From Schmidtea polychroa (taxonomy: Eukaryota): a stretch of DNA of 64,000 nt. The stretch is taken from assembly GCA_044892525.1 (NCBI GenBank), contig CM097885.1:46192001-46256000 (forward strand), in the 5' to 3' direction. A program made the position numbers and the translations under genes. Positions within the stretch are counted from its first letter, which is position 1. Every line of letters begins with the position of its first letter. Below, piece by piece: positions 14,170 through 30,080 of this stretch. The notes below the pieces were generated by a model, which did not search any database, was not told where the DNA came from, and was given only the letters and a program-made list of their open reading frames with translations.

Positions 14170-14660
14170 CTATGTTTGTTAGGCGTTTCTTAGATCTGAC
14201 TTTGTGAAATTTGTCTATTTTACACCGCAACGCCGATAGGAAAAATCTGATTTTAATATAAAATGAATCTTCATAAATGAATTAAAGAAAACCATTATCC
14301 AGTGTTTTAAGCAACTCCTAGGTGCCCATGCGACTTTAACTTACAGCGAAACATTATTCAAATATCATAGAAACCGCTGTAAAAAACCTAATGTAACAAA
14401 ACATTGCAATTTATGTTCCCATAGGAAAGTAAGTAAAGAAAGAAACGTATTATCATTGCAATAATTGTCAAATACCGCTTTGTGCAGTTCTATATTTCAA
14501 AAAAATATAATACAAAACTAATATTTTATGTATTTCAGCTTCTGAAATATTTATATTTAGTTTAAAATTTATTAATAATTTAACATAATTCATTTGTTTG
14601 GAGATTTTCGGTTGTCAGACCTTACTCCAAACTTTGGATAATAAAATTGTGGTCAACGAG
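14170..14660 (+). pseudogene. Decayed piggyBac transposase 3' end with cysteine-rich domain
   Basis: Manual translation RRFLDLTL*NLSILH... and KPNVTKHCNLCSHRKV/KETYYHCNNCQIPLCAV, matching the PGBD-type C-terminal CRD; possible end GGTCAACGAG|TTAT at ~14660. Confidence 0.7.
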
Positions 14661-15129
14661 TTATTTTGTTTTTGATATTTCATATCATAAATAAATTAAA
14701 TTATATACATTAATTCATTTTAATTTTAATATAATAACAGTATTGTAATATTTAGTAATATTATGAAATATAATAATATAAATTTATGATATAATAATTG
14801 TATTTTATTTTACCATCATTTTGTTTGAATTGGTAAAATAAGTGGTTAATATATTGTATGTAGTTTTCTTTATAAACGTTTATAATAAATAAAAACAAAT
14901 GTAATATTTGGGAATCAGCATGTAAAACTTAATAAATATCTCAAAAATTAAAACAAAATACAATGTAATACTATGTTTTATTAAATTATATTTTATATTA
15001 ATATCATTCATTATTTTTCATTCAATAATTATATTACTCAAAGGGAAATTGAGAATAATAATCCATCTCTAAAAAATGCATTTTCCTATTCAATTCCATT
15101 GAAATTCGAAGCTTGAGATCCTAAATCGT

Positions 15130-15750
15130 TTCATCTAATGTGTACTTAACATCTGGTAAAATCTCTGCTCATTTCTACCTATTATTATCTTTCAGCGATG
15201 CATTGATATATTCTCAAACTGTTCTGAATTGTCTCCCCAATTATTCTATTTGTATTGTGAAGATTCAGACTTAAAAATATCAATTCTGTTCCGGTTGTTC
15301 TTATTAGTACTTTGATGCTATTGGATTCAAAATTCTTTCCAAAGTCGATAAGTAGATCCTTTTTCCCAATTGTTTTTTGTCTTGTCTGTAAATTGTTGTT
15401 AACAATATCTATTTGATATAATGATTGATTATTCCGTAAATATATTTTTCTCTGTTCACTATTTCTCCCTATGGTCTACATACATCCGTACTAACAATAT
15501 TGTTTGTTTCCTCTTTCGACTGCCCGGTAAATGTGTTCATTTTCTAGCATGCTTTGTATCTTTATTTTATTCGTTGGGTACTGCACATATAAACGGTTAT
15601 GAATGTTATCAGTTACTTTTTGTCTTCCATCATAACATAATAATTTGCGGTTTCCTCTATTATTTCTATTCTATAATTTTTCGTTGTATATATGTCATCA
15701 TTCTTTACTTTAAATTTATCACTTTTGTTTCTTTTCGTTTTATCTTTTAG
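15130..15750 (-). pseudogene. Decayed Ty3/gypsy integrase, related to the element at 36.6-41.6 kb
   Basis: Minus-strand TDVCRP*GEIVNREKYIYGIINHYIK and KDLLIDFGKNFESNSIKVLIRTTGTELIF...RQFRTV*EYINASL align to MDICGPLRETFRGEKYICAIIDHYSK and KELHVDCGKNFEASSIKELAKAAGIELIF...RQFRTIRDYINASL of the pol ORF. Confidence 0.9.
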
Positions 15751-17478
15751 GAAACTTAGGAAACGGATACTTACTTTTCATTTTACCTTGTTATTATTTG
15801 AAAACATATTTTCAAGTTCAAATAGGTTGGGTACCAATTAAAATATTAATGAGGTAGAAATTATACATTTCTATAATTCTTCTTTGCCATGTTTATGTTG
15901 AGAATCAGGTTTTGCTAATTTATTTAATTCTGTTGCTTTATGAATAATGAAGAATTTCACTCAAGTCACCAACTGATTTCATTAATTTCAAAAGTTGTCT
16001 TTATTCCATTTTCTTTAACCTATCCAAACAAAAAACCATATATTTGGAACTGCAATAAAAACGTCTAAGTTTAACACCCTCGATAACTAATAGCTGTACA
16101 AGGTCATTTCTTAATTTACCCTCATTACGCGACATTTTAAAGTCTGAGAAATACCTAACTTACACCATCATTTATTGAGACATATCTATATCATTATCAG
16201 TAACATTGTTTATTTTTGAAGATTATTACTTGTCTAACTAAATTTTGACAATTCTGACAGGTTTAATATTCCAAAATCTTGTCAAAACTGTAAATAGTTT
16301 TTTGTTATCATATGTTTGATTAACAATTATTTCATGTTATTGAATAACTCAATTATACACGATATTATGTTAATTGATCTATTAAAACAATATCCGTAAC
16401 CCTTGGAATTGAACGTGTCGAGTGCCTCAAGAACGTGCTAGCTGATGAGTATGAATTTGCCAGTATCGATCCAAAGCTATTCCAAAATGTATTCCAATTC
16501 AACAGCAAGAAAAGTTCTTTCTTCTCGAACTCTTTAACATAACTCTAATTATACTGACCGTTTTCTTAGAAACGAAAGCGATATCGGCGTTCTCGTCATC
16601 AGATTTGTTTTCCCCATTAACAACGGACGAAGACTTATTGGCTGCATTGTCTTCATCTTCATTGCTACCCTCAGTGATTCCATCTCTTGCGTCACTTTGC
16701 GCTTCTGGTATATTACCTCAATAACCTCCTAGTGTATGCCGTTATTATAGCATATCTGTTGAAATTCAAGTTGAAGTCTTTTCTTATTTTAAACATCACT
16801 AAAGATTAAAATTAAGATATCACACGTAAGCTCTTTGATAATTAGTTTAAAAAAAATATGTAATTAAATAAAATTTTAAATTTACTAAAACCTATCATTT
16901 GTTTTTATTTATCATGTCAATTAATTATATTTTATTTACTTAAATTTTCACTTAAATTCACTTAAAATTTACCCTTGTTATGATTCGTAGTGTCATATTT
17001 AATACATATGTTATTCTCATACCTTCATATGTAGTCAAAATAATTCTTCAATTTTAAAGTGAATATCTAGTTAAAGAGATCACACTACATGGCTCATACA
17101 CCGGCTGGCAGCACCAGTTGTTTGCCTCTTTAACTGCTTTTTGAAATGTAATTAAAAATAATTTTGATAGCATAACAAGAATTTTTTAAAGTCGTTTAAA
17201 GAATAAATTTTTTATTTTTTATTTTTTATTTTAATATATAAATTGGTTTAAAATATTTTATTAGGATTTATTAAGAATCTTTTATTATGCATAATAATGA
17301 TCAGATTTATTTATTTATATTTATATTATTAAAAATTACTGCTTTATTCTTGACTAGAAAACACTTTTTCCAATTATTCCAATTATATTCTTTGGAATTG
17401 TTGATGCTGCGTAAATGAGTTACTAAATGTATCTGTTGGAGCGGAGGTGCCCCAATCTATGACTTTACACTTTTATCA

Positions 17479-17577
<99 letters not shown>
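17479..17577. repeat. (ATT)n microsatellite
   Basis: Direct reading. Confidence 0.97.
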
Positions 17578-20500
17578 TTCTATCAATGATTTCCAGTTCA
17601 ATTTCTATAAATGTCAACGGTCAGTAGCTAAAATTTCTCGAATGAAAATAGTTGATAAAGATATGTAAAAAATACTATATGATAATCATCTATACTTTCG
17701 AAAATTTAATTTTACTCTACAGAGCACTGAAAAAAACGGCTAGTGAGAATGAATATTTTTATTTTTCATTTTTCTAGGAACATATCTCTGTCACTAATAT
17801 GTAGCGAAATTATTTTACAGAATCTATTGATTTTTTAATTATTTATATTAGATATTATTTTATTTAATTAATTTTCAAAATTGTCTTTAATTTTCATTTT
17901 AATATTTTAAAAATTTTTACTTAGCAATTATATGGTTCGTTAGAAATAATCGTTACCTGAAACTTTACGTTTTATTTTAAATTTTCATAAATGAAAAAAA
18001 ATATCGTTAGAAATGACATTTGAAAATCAGTTATGGGGGGACATAATATTTAAAAAGATTTTATTTATTAATAGAGCATAGAAAAAATAAATTAAAACAA
18101 CATTATCTATTGTATATTGTTTAGGATAAATTATTATGTTATTCATGTAAATTGCAATATTGGATCTAACTTATGGAAAAGAATACTTGTGAGGGTTTTC
18201 AGACTTTCAATGGCTCTCTTTAGGAAATTTATCTCAATCTTAAGGTGGGCTTTGCAATGTTAATGAAAATCATCTTGACAGCTTATTGCAATTCCTAATT
18301 ATGTATTTTTTGATTTGCAGAATAATTATAATTATGAATTAATTATTTTTTTATTCAAAGTAATAATAATAACAGATGAATTTCAAGCTCTGAAATATGA
18401 AACTTTAATTGAAAATATTTCAGACCCTTAATTTAAGACTAAATTTTCATAGATGATTCGAATATTCGAATTTAACAAGAGATATTTGTGAATTCCTAGA
18501 TTTCCTAAAGGTAGTGGCATAAAAAGTAAATATTACAAAAGTCTCAGCTATTGCATCATAGAAGCATTTTTATAAAAAATTCTTTTTAAATTTTTGTGTT
18601 TAATGAAAAAAATTGTGAATTCATTTAAATCATAATTTATTTATTTATAATTCATAATTTATTTATAATTTTATCTAGATCTTTACTCTTTTTGTGATCA
18701 CTAATTTTTGTTTTCAATCCATTATTAATATGTTAAATTAAATAAATTCTGTAAAATAAAAATTGTTAATATTTATAATATATAGGTAAGTCAAGGATGT
18801 TGCGATGGGAACCTCATTCCTAAACCAATAACGCATTTTAAAGTTACTAAAAAAAATTAATTAATTAATGCACAAGATTCATGTCAGCTTTGCCATGTTA
18901 CTTATCTTCTCACTTAAGGTTTTCTTATTCATAATTTTTTAACTAATTAAAACAAATGAATTATTTGAAAGGTTAACCAACTTTTAAGGCATTCCATTTT
19001 AAAATCTTAAATGTTAAAATAAAAATGGTATTTATAATTTAATGTTTTTCATAAACATTTGATCAATTAAAATTTTGCCTACTACTTAAATTTATTATAT
19101 TCATATAAACAAAATATATTTTATCGATTTCTAAATGGATTTTAATACTTTTCCAATAAACCTTTTAATCTTTTCGTTATTAAAACAATTCAATAGTTAA
19201 TCCTAATTGATATAAATAAAGTTTTTTGTATTTTTTCTCAACAAATATTTATATTTTATTGATTATTTTGAAATATTTTTCATCAATTTTTGTAATAATG
19301 TTTTTATCAAAATTATTAAAACCCATTTAGAAATCAAAAAATAATATTTTTTAATATGAAACTTAAATAATAAATCATTTTGAATATATTTTATTCAATA
19401 TAATTAATTGATAAAAATATTTTTTTTATTTTCAAACAAGGCCAACATTTTTAAATATGTTTACTTAGAAAATCAGACATTATAAATAAAATATATATGT
19501 AGGTTTCTTATATAGATTTAGAAAAAAGAATTATTTAATCTTGCTAGTTTTGGAAAATATTTGTTAGACAACATAAAAACGACTTGTTGGGCCCATTCGC
19601 TTCAAACATTTTATAATCAAATCAAGAATCTGAAAAATAGAAAACATTTTACAACGGAGCTTAAAGATTAAAGTTTTGATACTAAGGATTATTTGAAAGA
19701 TATAATGATGAATTAATTTTCCTTAAAAGCAATACAATACAGCAATTTCTTGATCATAAAGTATTTTATTCGTCTTATGTTGTCAAAAAGAAGTAAAATG
19801 TTGTAATATACTTAGTAACAGATCAGAAAAATTGGGAACCTTAGATGAAAATTAGTTTAACAGACACAACTCCATATTGCTATAACTTTCAATACACAAA
19901 ATGGCAGCAGATGTCCCTTTGCGGCTTGTTGCTAAGAAGTTTTACGATATCTTGCCCAAATTGAATTATTAGTACAAATTAACATTAATTGAAAAATAAT
20001 GATAAATTACATTAACATTCTTTATGTAAATTCTACGTTATAAAATAAAATTAATTTAAACTAATTTTATATTCAAGTATTTTATTATTTATAAATATAA
20101 ATTAGTTTTCATTCTTTTGGCGCGTCATTTAATATAAAATTTTTCACTGTTCATGGATAAAAAATAATGGATAAATACAATATTAATTAACACATATATT
20201 TTAATTAATTATAATACAATATTTAATAACAATAATATTATTAATAATATTAATTATTATTTAAGTTATAATTAGGTATCAGATTTGTGATAAGTTGAAA
20301 GTTTTAGTGTTTTTATTCAATTGTGAAAAATTAGTTTTCTTTAAAGTATTTCAAATACCAAACAAGTTTTACCAAACCGTGTCATAATTCAATCTCATTC
20401 CTTTAGAATTATAAAATAAAATATATATAAAATGTTTATTTATACTAATTTGTTTTAATTTTACAAATGAAGATTTTTTTATTTTCCATATAATATAATA

Positions 20501-20991
20501 ATTTGATAAAATAAATGTTTATTTATAAATTTCTATAGTGTTTCCCAAAGATTTTAATTAAAATTGTGTTAATGCAACATTTGACCAAGTATTTATGTTA
20601 TAAAATATTCTAAAACCCTTAAAGACCTATTCGTTTTTGACGAATCACTCGAATCATTATCTAATTCTAATCTGATACTTGTCACCTACCTTCTAATATC
20701 AAATGCGTTTGATTCATTTTCAGCTTGTATTCATAAATAACTCATTAGTATAATTAAAAGAGATTAATATGAATTAGCATGATAATTATAGTTTTGTAAA
20801 TTTAAATTTATAAATCTATTTCGTATATAAACCATTTATTTATGAGAATTTTTTCTTAATTAATAATATAAATTTTAACCCACACAATAATAAAAATACA
20901 TTAAAATATCTATTTTGTTTATTTATTTTAGCATCATCTCAGGTTTGAGCTTATTAGTTGAAATTTAAATTTGTTTTGTAAAAAAATTCAA

Positions 20992-21498
<507 letters not shown>

Positions 21499-22388
21499 TC
21501 TTTTTTAATAATAAAAAAAATATTTACAGAAAACCCATTTTATTTATAGAAGGTAAATTTCCAGGGGTGCCTTATGTATTTTTTAAAGGGGTAGTGAGTC
21601 AAATAAATTTTGGAAACTATGTTTTAGAATATTAAGTAAAATAACATGGCATTATGTTTTATTTGTTTTATTGAATTCAATTTTTTTTATTGGCAAAATT
21701 CATAATTTTGTACTTATTATTTTAAAATAATTATAAGAATTAAAACATATTTTTTTATTAAATCCAAATAATCTCTTTTCTTAGTTATAGAAACCAACAG
21801 TATATACTATATTTTCAACTCGTACCAAAATTCTTCAAAAGTCACACAGTAAACTCCAATGTAGTCCAATGTTATTTTCTAAAATACAGCAGAAAGATTT
21901 GTTTGAATGAAAGACATGTTAATAGTTTATTATTTGCAATTGTAATAAATTAAATAATATAGTAAATTTATCAAAGTTACTAATATAATAAATTTACAAA
22001 AAAAGAAAATATATAAAAGAAATGACTTTAACAAGAACACAGTCTATCGGGTTGATGCAAGCAATTAAGGATGTGAAGGAAAATTGTTAGCTTGTTCAAA
22101 ATATTTTTTGATTATTTGGCATTTCGTGTTACGTTTTTACTTTGCTTTTCTACATCAGTAATATCTATTGAAATTTTAATTTTCTTTCCGATATTCTTTT
22201 TAAAAATCTACAATACATAATTATGCATTCAAAAAATTGATGAGGTTATAAATAAAGGATAGCTTAATTTTCAAAAATAAAAACGCTTCACAGGCGATTC
22301 GAGAAATTCTGATTTTCTTATTTACGAATTATAAATTTTTAATGTTATTATTATTAACAAAAATACAAAACATAAAATTTATAATAAA

Positions 22389-22501
<113 letters not shown>

Positions 22502-23007
22502 TAATTATTTATATATTATTAGAAGTAGTATAAAGAACTAGTATTATACGTTACATTTACTCTATTCTTTAAAAAATATATAATCGTATTAAAAATTGTA
22601 TGAATTTTTCGTCATTTGAGTTTCTAAAGTTTTATTTTATATTTTAAGATGACCTGGAATCTGTGGTTGTAAATATCTGAATTTTCCACAGCCTGATATT
22701 TTCAATCTTCTAAATATTTTTAAACACATTTGCCGCTACCTCTCAGATAATATTTATGTAAAATATCTACTCAAAAATGTGTCAAAGAAATTACTATTTT
22801 TCCCTTCATGCTTTATTTAATTTACCGTAATTACTATTAGAAATATTTAGGCTTGATTAATTGGAAATTAATTGAAAATTTCTTTTAAATTATTTGGTTG
22901 ATTAAATTTTGAATATATCAATTAAATTTATAAAAATCAATTAATTAAAATTGAAATATTTTAAGATTAAATAATGAAATTGATAAATTGACATAATTAT
23001 TAAAATT

Positions 23008-23156
23008 TTCACTATTAATCAGCTTCACTATTAATATCGATGTTTTTTTGATATTCACGAATTTTCGGCAATGCATTTTTCAAGTGAAAATGCATTTTTT
23101 AATAATCAATTGAAATTGAAAATAAATCAGAGGAAAAAATCAAAAGAAGTTGATAA
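23008..23156 (+). repeat. Family B, degenerate copy
   Basis: ATATCGATGTTTTTTTGATAT core and tail AATTGAAAATAAATCAGAGGAAAAAATCAAAAGAAGTT. Confidence 0.6.
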
Positions 23157-24336
23157 ATTTGATATTACATGGCAATTTTTAATACAATTAGCGCCCGATT
23201 CTAGAAATATTTTCCAGTGAAATTGATCTATATTAATAACCGATGTTTTATTTACGAGTAACTCTGGTGCAAAATAATCCAAAATATTTTTCATTTATTG
23301 GTAAAGTTTTTGAGTCTTCTTTAAAATTATTTCAAATAAATAAGCTGGATAAAGATTATGAAGAAATTCTAAATAAAATTATATTCTTTACTCTTTCGAA
23401 TTTTTTAAATTATTAAAATCAAAACTAATAAAAACTAAATTAATTAGAATTTATTAATAAACATTTTAATTACTGAAATAATATAATGTTATAAGCTCAA
23501 AAACCAGATTTTATTAATAATTCCCAATCTATTTAGATTTAAGGGAAGTTAGTATTAACATAATGACACTTTTCCAAGGCTTTTTGATATTTTTGCATTA
23601 CGTTATTGAAAGACGAAGACACCATGAAATTACAACCATAAATTGCAGTTGTTGACAGGCTACTGGGATGAAATAAAACATTTTTAATAAAATAATACAA
23701 ATCATCCACTTAGCTTTCCTTTTCAATTTTCTGATTTATTGTATTCCGTCTTAAAATTACTAAAAGTTTCCACTCGATTTGCATAATCACAAATTCTATA
23801 GTATTTTTAAAATTAAATGTTTTAATTACATAAATTAAATGAAATTATTAGTTTCATGTTATACTTTAAATATTTCTGAAATATTTTTTTGATTGCCCGA
23901 ATTTTTGATTTTATTCAGATTTTTTACAGATGTTTGAATTTCAAATTTTGGATTTCCGTTTTAGGAAATTGTGAAAATATTTTTTATATTGATTTTTTTA
24001 TTCAGATTTGTTCAAAAATGTTTTCACATCTAAATCCTAACTTTACAAAAATTAATAATTTTGATTGTAAATAATAATATGTTTACCCAAATTGAAGCTA
24101 ACGCTATATTCCATATAATTTTTAATTGTTTTTTTGTTATGAAAGTAAAGAATAGTAAAATATAATTGACTATTTCATTATTTAGTAATTTAAATAATTA
24201 ATTTAATCAAATACAAAGTACTATTCAATAGTTAATAACAAACATAATGAATAAAATTTGCCTTTGATAGTTTAATAGATGAATAAATTACTTAAAAAAC
24301 TTAATAATTACTTGTATGTTTTTAATGGTAATAGTA

Positions 24337-24497
<161 letters not shown>

Positions 24498-25785
24498 TTT
24501 GTAATGCACTATAATTAGTAAAGTGAGTCAAATAAATAATCAATTAATCTTATAAATATAAAAAAATTATAATATTTGGAACTAAAATATTTTTAGAATT
24601 TTTTTCATTAGCAATAACTGTCATTTTCATATAGCCCATCATTTTCATATGAAAAATTAGACTTTAGCCAGTATATTTTTCCTTCTTTGAGCCGGATGCC
24701 AAAATTCTAATGTGTTCTTAAAATTATCACTTTTTAAAATATTTTGCTACCATCTAATCAAATTTGACACTGGGTAAACGAGAAAAAAACTACTATTTTT
24801 ATTAAATTAAAATTTTGCCCTGAGTTCAAATTTCTTTTCTGAAAATTGTATTTTAGGAAAAGATTTTTATTAGAAATATTAAAATTTGTTTCTTAAATAT
24901 ATGATAATTGATATTAATTTTTACTAATTGCTCTATTTTAGCAATTTAAAAATAATTGTAAAATAATAATATTATTTAACAAAATTGTCATTTTTTAAAT
25001 ACTTTCAGTGAGAATCTTCTTTTGTTTTTCAAAGTAAAAAATAGATAGATTTGTCGAGAAATTTCTTGCAATTATTTTGAATTGAAATTATTTGCATTTT
25101 TTAATTATGTTTGATACATACAGCAAAATTAGAATCTTGTTTTGTTATTACAATTAATACGAATAAATTTTAGAAATTAAAGATTTTATTTATTTTGATT
25201 AACTTTTTAACTGATCAAAGCTAAATAATAATCATTTTATTAAAGCAATTTTTTGGATATGAATGAATATTTTATCAAGTCTATAAAATGGTACTTTAAT
25301 GACATATTTTATCATTTCAACGTTTACCATGTATGTATATTTTCAAATATTTATAAAATATTATTTCTTAATCAACTCTCCTTAATTTGCTAATCATTAT
25401 TTTTTAGTTTGTAGAAAATGTGTAGAATACATGTTATTCATGAAAGTTTGATTTTTGTTGTTTTAAATTTTTATCTTTATTCTTTTCTGATGAATTATTT
25501 TATTTTTTGAACACAACTTTACGGCACATCCTTTTTCAAGTATTTGAAATATATTATTTAATTTTTATTGAATAAAACAAATAAATAAACCGATGTATAA
25601 TTATGTCCTATTGAATATTATTAATTATTCTTCAGCAATTTCTATAAATGTTTTATTACGTTTTTAAAAGTTTACTTAGCCCCTTTGTTGTATTATCTAT
25701 TGAATTTATGTAAACAGTTTTTCTTTTAATAAAATAGTTTGGAATTTTTAACAAAATTTTACAAATGGTATTATTAGCATTGTTG

Positions 25786-25852
25786 AATATTATTATTGTT
25801 ATTATTTTTATTGTTATTATTATTATTATTGTTACTATTATAATTATTATTA

Positions 25853-25883
<31 letters not shown>

Positions 25884-25884
25884 A

Positions 25885-25935
<51 letters not shown>
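25786..25935. repeat. Imperfect (ATT)n microsatellite
   Basis: Direct reading. Confidence 0.95.
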
Positions 25936-26310
25936 TTGTTCAACTAAAAATAAAAAATTTAAGATTCATAAAGCATTTTCACTGATAAATTATACTAAAA
26001 AGGAATAAATCATTTAAAAAAGTAATTTTGAAAAATATTGAAATGTCAAATTTGATGAAGTATTAGTCAAAGGTTAAATAAATCATCATAAATGTAATTT
26101 GTCATTATTGAATAAACTAATAAATAGACAATCATTTTCCTATTTAACAGAATTCTTTACAAATTTTACAAACATTTTCGCGTTTCTATGTTGAGATAAT
26201 TTTGAATTTTAATGTATATTAATTAATATAACCAAAACTATGGTTGTAAGTTATTTTTTCAATATATATTTATAATTCGATTAAATGGATATTTAGTTAT
26301 TTTAATTATT

Positions 26311-26365
26311 ATAGTATTCATTAAAAAATTGACTATGAATCAATAAAGATATCGGCGTTTTTTCT
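26311..26365 (+). repeat. Family B, left arm only
   Basis: GTATTCATTAAAAAATTGACTATGAATCAATAAAGATATCGGCGTTTTTT. Confidence 0.7.
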
Positions 26366-29354
26366 AACATTCACAAATTTTCTACACAGCCCTGTTCAAG
26401 TGATTTTTATTTAATTATAATTAAAAAAATAGTCACAAAATAAAACCTGTGAAAATTGAATGTATAATGCAATCTGAATAAATATATGATAACGATGTAA
26501 TATAATAAGCAATATCAATCTAGATCAACTTTTTATTAAAATTATACAATTTACTATAGATCAAAGTTTTAATTTCTTGTTTAATCAAATTTTTTACATT
26601 GCTTTTTCAAAGATTTTTACATTCTAATTATTTTATTATAAACGTATTTAAATTGGTTATTAAAGAAAGGTTTCTCAAATTAATAAAATATTTAATAAAT
26701 TAATACATAAATATAGAAAGTGATTTTTATAAATAATTTATTTAATAATTTTGATTATAATTTTGTGTTTGCTTATTTTTCTCCTGTTAATTTTCTTCGC
26801 CTATATAGATTACTGCCATTTATATACAAAAGTATGCCCTATAAGAATTAGTGTAATTGAACCCATTTAAATTATATAAATAACGTTTAACTACTTTTCC
26901 TTATCAAGTTACGCTTTGAGAAAATCTCACCCACACATTTCCCAGTAAAATGATCAGGGTCTCTAAATGGCTTATTAAGTTTTTTCTTATATTAGTAACA
27001 AATTTTTATTATTTTTTAAAATCAATCTTCATTTAAAGTGATTGTTTATATCTGCTTTTTGTTTGTTTTAATCAAAAAGCACAGTATTGGGTATTATTGT
27101 TCGTATAAATATTTTGAACAAAATATAAATTATTATGATTAAAATAGTAAAATAAAATAGTAAAAGAATATAAATAGTTTAAATATAGTATAAATATAAC
27201 TTGGGTTTTTTATACATGAATATAAGTTGATTTAACATTTTGATTCATACATAAATCAATTTACATGTAATGACACATATATTTGGAAGACCATCCCTGT
27301 ATTCAAGTTAAATAATTTAACATTTCAATTTGTATGAAAAGTTGATAGAATGTTAAAATTAAAAATTGTATTAAAATTATATTGTAATAAAATATTTAAA
27401 AAAGAATTTTAAATCTGCTTATAAAATCTATAATATCTATAGTTTTTTTCTACTGACTATGACCGGAAAACTGTAGAAATATATCGTTAAACGAATGTTT
27501 AAGTGGCGCTTTTTTATAATTTATAAAATTCATTTTATCGTCAAGTTGAAATTTTCCTTTAAATATAAAAAATAAAAAAGTAATAAATAATTCATGCATA
27601 ACTAACTAAATTCTATTTTTAGTTGCCAGTTATATTATATTATTTAAAACAATAAACGTTAATTCCCAAGAAAATTCTCATCATTATTAAGTAAATTAGT
27701 TGCGCAAAAAATTTTTATTTATTATAAACCAATCATAATTGGTTGGTTAAAAAAATGTTAGGGGAAATATTAATTAAAATTAATTAAACTTTTCAACTCT
27801 GAATCAATTAAGATTTGAAATAAAGGAAAATCAGCCAAAAAATTAAATTATCAATTTCTAAAACAAACAAACAAATTTTATAGATTCATTATAAATTCCC
27901 AATATTTTTTTCGATCCATATTTTATCCAGTTATTTACCAAAACTCTCATCTCAACTGACTGGAAAAGTTTACTGACTAATTTTGATGGGATCGACTTAC
28001 ATCAATGCCATTGAAATTCTCTTCAACTAAATAAATATTTCAGCTCTCTTTCAATTGTAAAATTATTCTATCCTATGTTTATATAAAAAGTTTTTGTCCA
28101 CATTTTTCAATGAAAAATGAATTTGGATTTGAGGGATTTCTATATCAAAGCAATAAAAATAAAAAAATGATAAAATCAATTCAATTTTTTACGGAAATCT
28201 CAATCAATTTATATCTACAGATTTATGATCAATGTTGCACATTTCAGGGGTTTTTATGAGACTCCCATTTGTTTTTAATCAACCAATAGGATAATTTATT
28301 TTATTTATTCTGAAATTATGATTTTAAATATAATAATATTATAAATTTTTTTAATGAATTTTAATGTAATACAATATTAAAATTATTGAAATCCTTATTT
28401 TTATTCATAACAATAATAACTTTAAATATTGAAAAGGTTTTTCGGAAGTTTGTTACTAAAACATACTGATAACTACAATTTGGAGAATTCAATAATGTAT
28501 TTTCATAATCTACGCAATCTCAACATACTGCAATCATCATAGACATATTATTTAATATATAAAGACATAATTATCTATGTATGTATGTGAATGAGTAATT
28601 ATGGAATAATGCTTAATAAAAATCACTAAATGGCAAATTTTATTATAACTTTTAATTTTGATCAACAACATGACATTTTTATTTTAATGTTATCTGAAAA
28701 TCGACTTTCCTCCATCGAATGATGTATAATTTATCTAATTTGGACAATTAATTCTTTTTTAACAGTTATTTACTATATAATAATACCAAAGATATTGTCA
28801 TGAAAGAGTTATTGAATTAAAATAAATATGAATTAAACCATATATTGACTTTTTAACAGATAAATCTATGGAGAATTATGTATTTGGATTGATAACATGA
28901 TTCTGTCATTTTTGACGGGTTATAGCTAGTAAATATATAGCTAGTATATACGATTCCTAGCCTAAAGAAGACTTAAATGGTCAAAATATATAGCAACGTT
29001 GTATTTATTATACTTATTTGGCGATTTTCTATTATTAACGAAAAATACATTGTAAGGTACAATAAAGATTATCCGTTTATAAATAGAATATCGAATATAG
29101 AATTTTTGACACAAGTCATAAACTTAATTAATGCATATTTCATAATCATATAATATTATGTTATGTTATGTTTCCCTGATAATTTCTATGATCTTTGAAA
29201 TTTCTCCAATACAATATTGTACTTTCTTTTTCAATGAATGTAAGAAAAGCATTATTAGCGTTATTTTTCTCGGTATCACAAAAGCTGTTAGTATTCTTGA
29301 TAATAATCATATTTGAAGATGAATATGATATTTAAGAAAATAAAAATATATTAA

Positions 29355-30080
29355 CACGTTGAATACCGCACCACTTTTTCATGGATTGCCCATGGCGGTA
29401 CGATGTATTTTTTATTATTTGATACAATTATGTTGAAATATTACCTGCAACAAATTAGTTAGGATGTATAATCACGTTTGAATAAATTTATCTTACGGTG
29501 ACCCCCGTGGCATTCAACGTGTTAAATACAAGTATGGTAAATGCAATGATATTATTCAAACAAATAACTCGCACAAATATTCAAATTCCTGAATTTAAAA
29601 TGAAAGTAGCAATGTATTTAACAAAATGTAATGATAATGACATTGATGTTGGCATTTCTAAACGTGAAAACTTGTAGAGAACACAACACCATGAATTAAA
29701 AGCAATGTCGGGAAAAGCTGGAACTGTGAGACGATTTTGCAAAATATGTTACCAAAATAATTCAAAAAGACTTGGGAGAACAACTGGAAAAAACTGTTGT
29801 CAAAAATTCATAACATATTGTGAAGACTGCCGATTTACCATTTTTGTGTTTGGAGTGTTTCAAAACGACGCATTGTAATGCATGCGTATAAGAGTTCTAC
29901 GCGTATTTCATGTATAAATAAAACTATTTTTATATGTGTTATACTGCATTCATTTCATTAAACCATTGTCGTAACAATCGTAATAATGAAGAATTTTTAA
30001 GTATTGATATTTGTTCTAATTATGTCTTTCTACTTATCTTGGTGCGCCGATCACCAGTGGTCCCCGTGGCATTCAATGTG
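29355..30080 (+). mobile_element. Composite piggyBac derivative: 167-bp MITE, then transposase 3' fragment, then a second right TIR
   Basis: TTAA|CACGTTGAATACCGC (29355); GTGGCATTCAACGTG|TTAA (ends 29521); LNTSMVNAMILFKQIT...HELKAMSGKAGTVRRFCKICYQ...TYCEDC/LPFLCLECF (piggyBac CRD, one stop, one frameshift); GTGGCATTCAATGTG|TTAA (ends 30080). Confidence 0.9.

Noticed and set aside
16441..16480. CTGATGAG as a hammerhead ribozyme core
   Set aside because: No stem II followed by GAAA.
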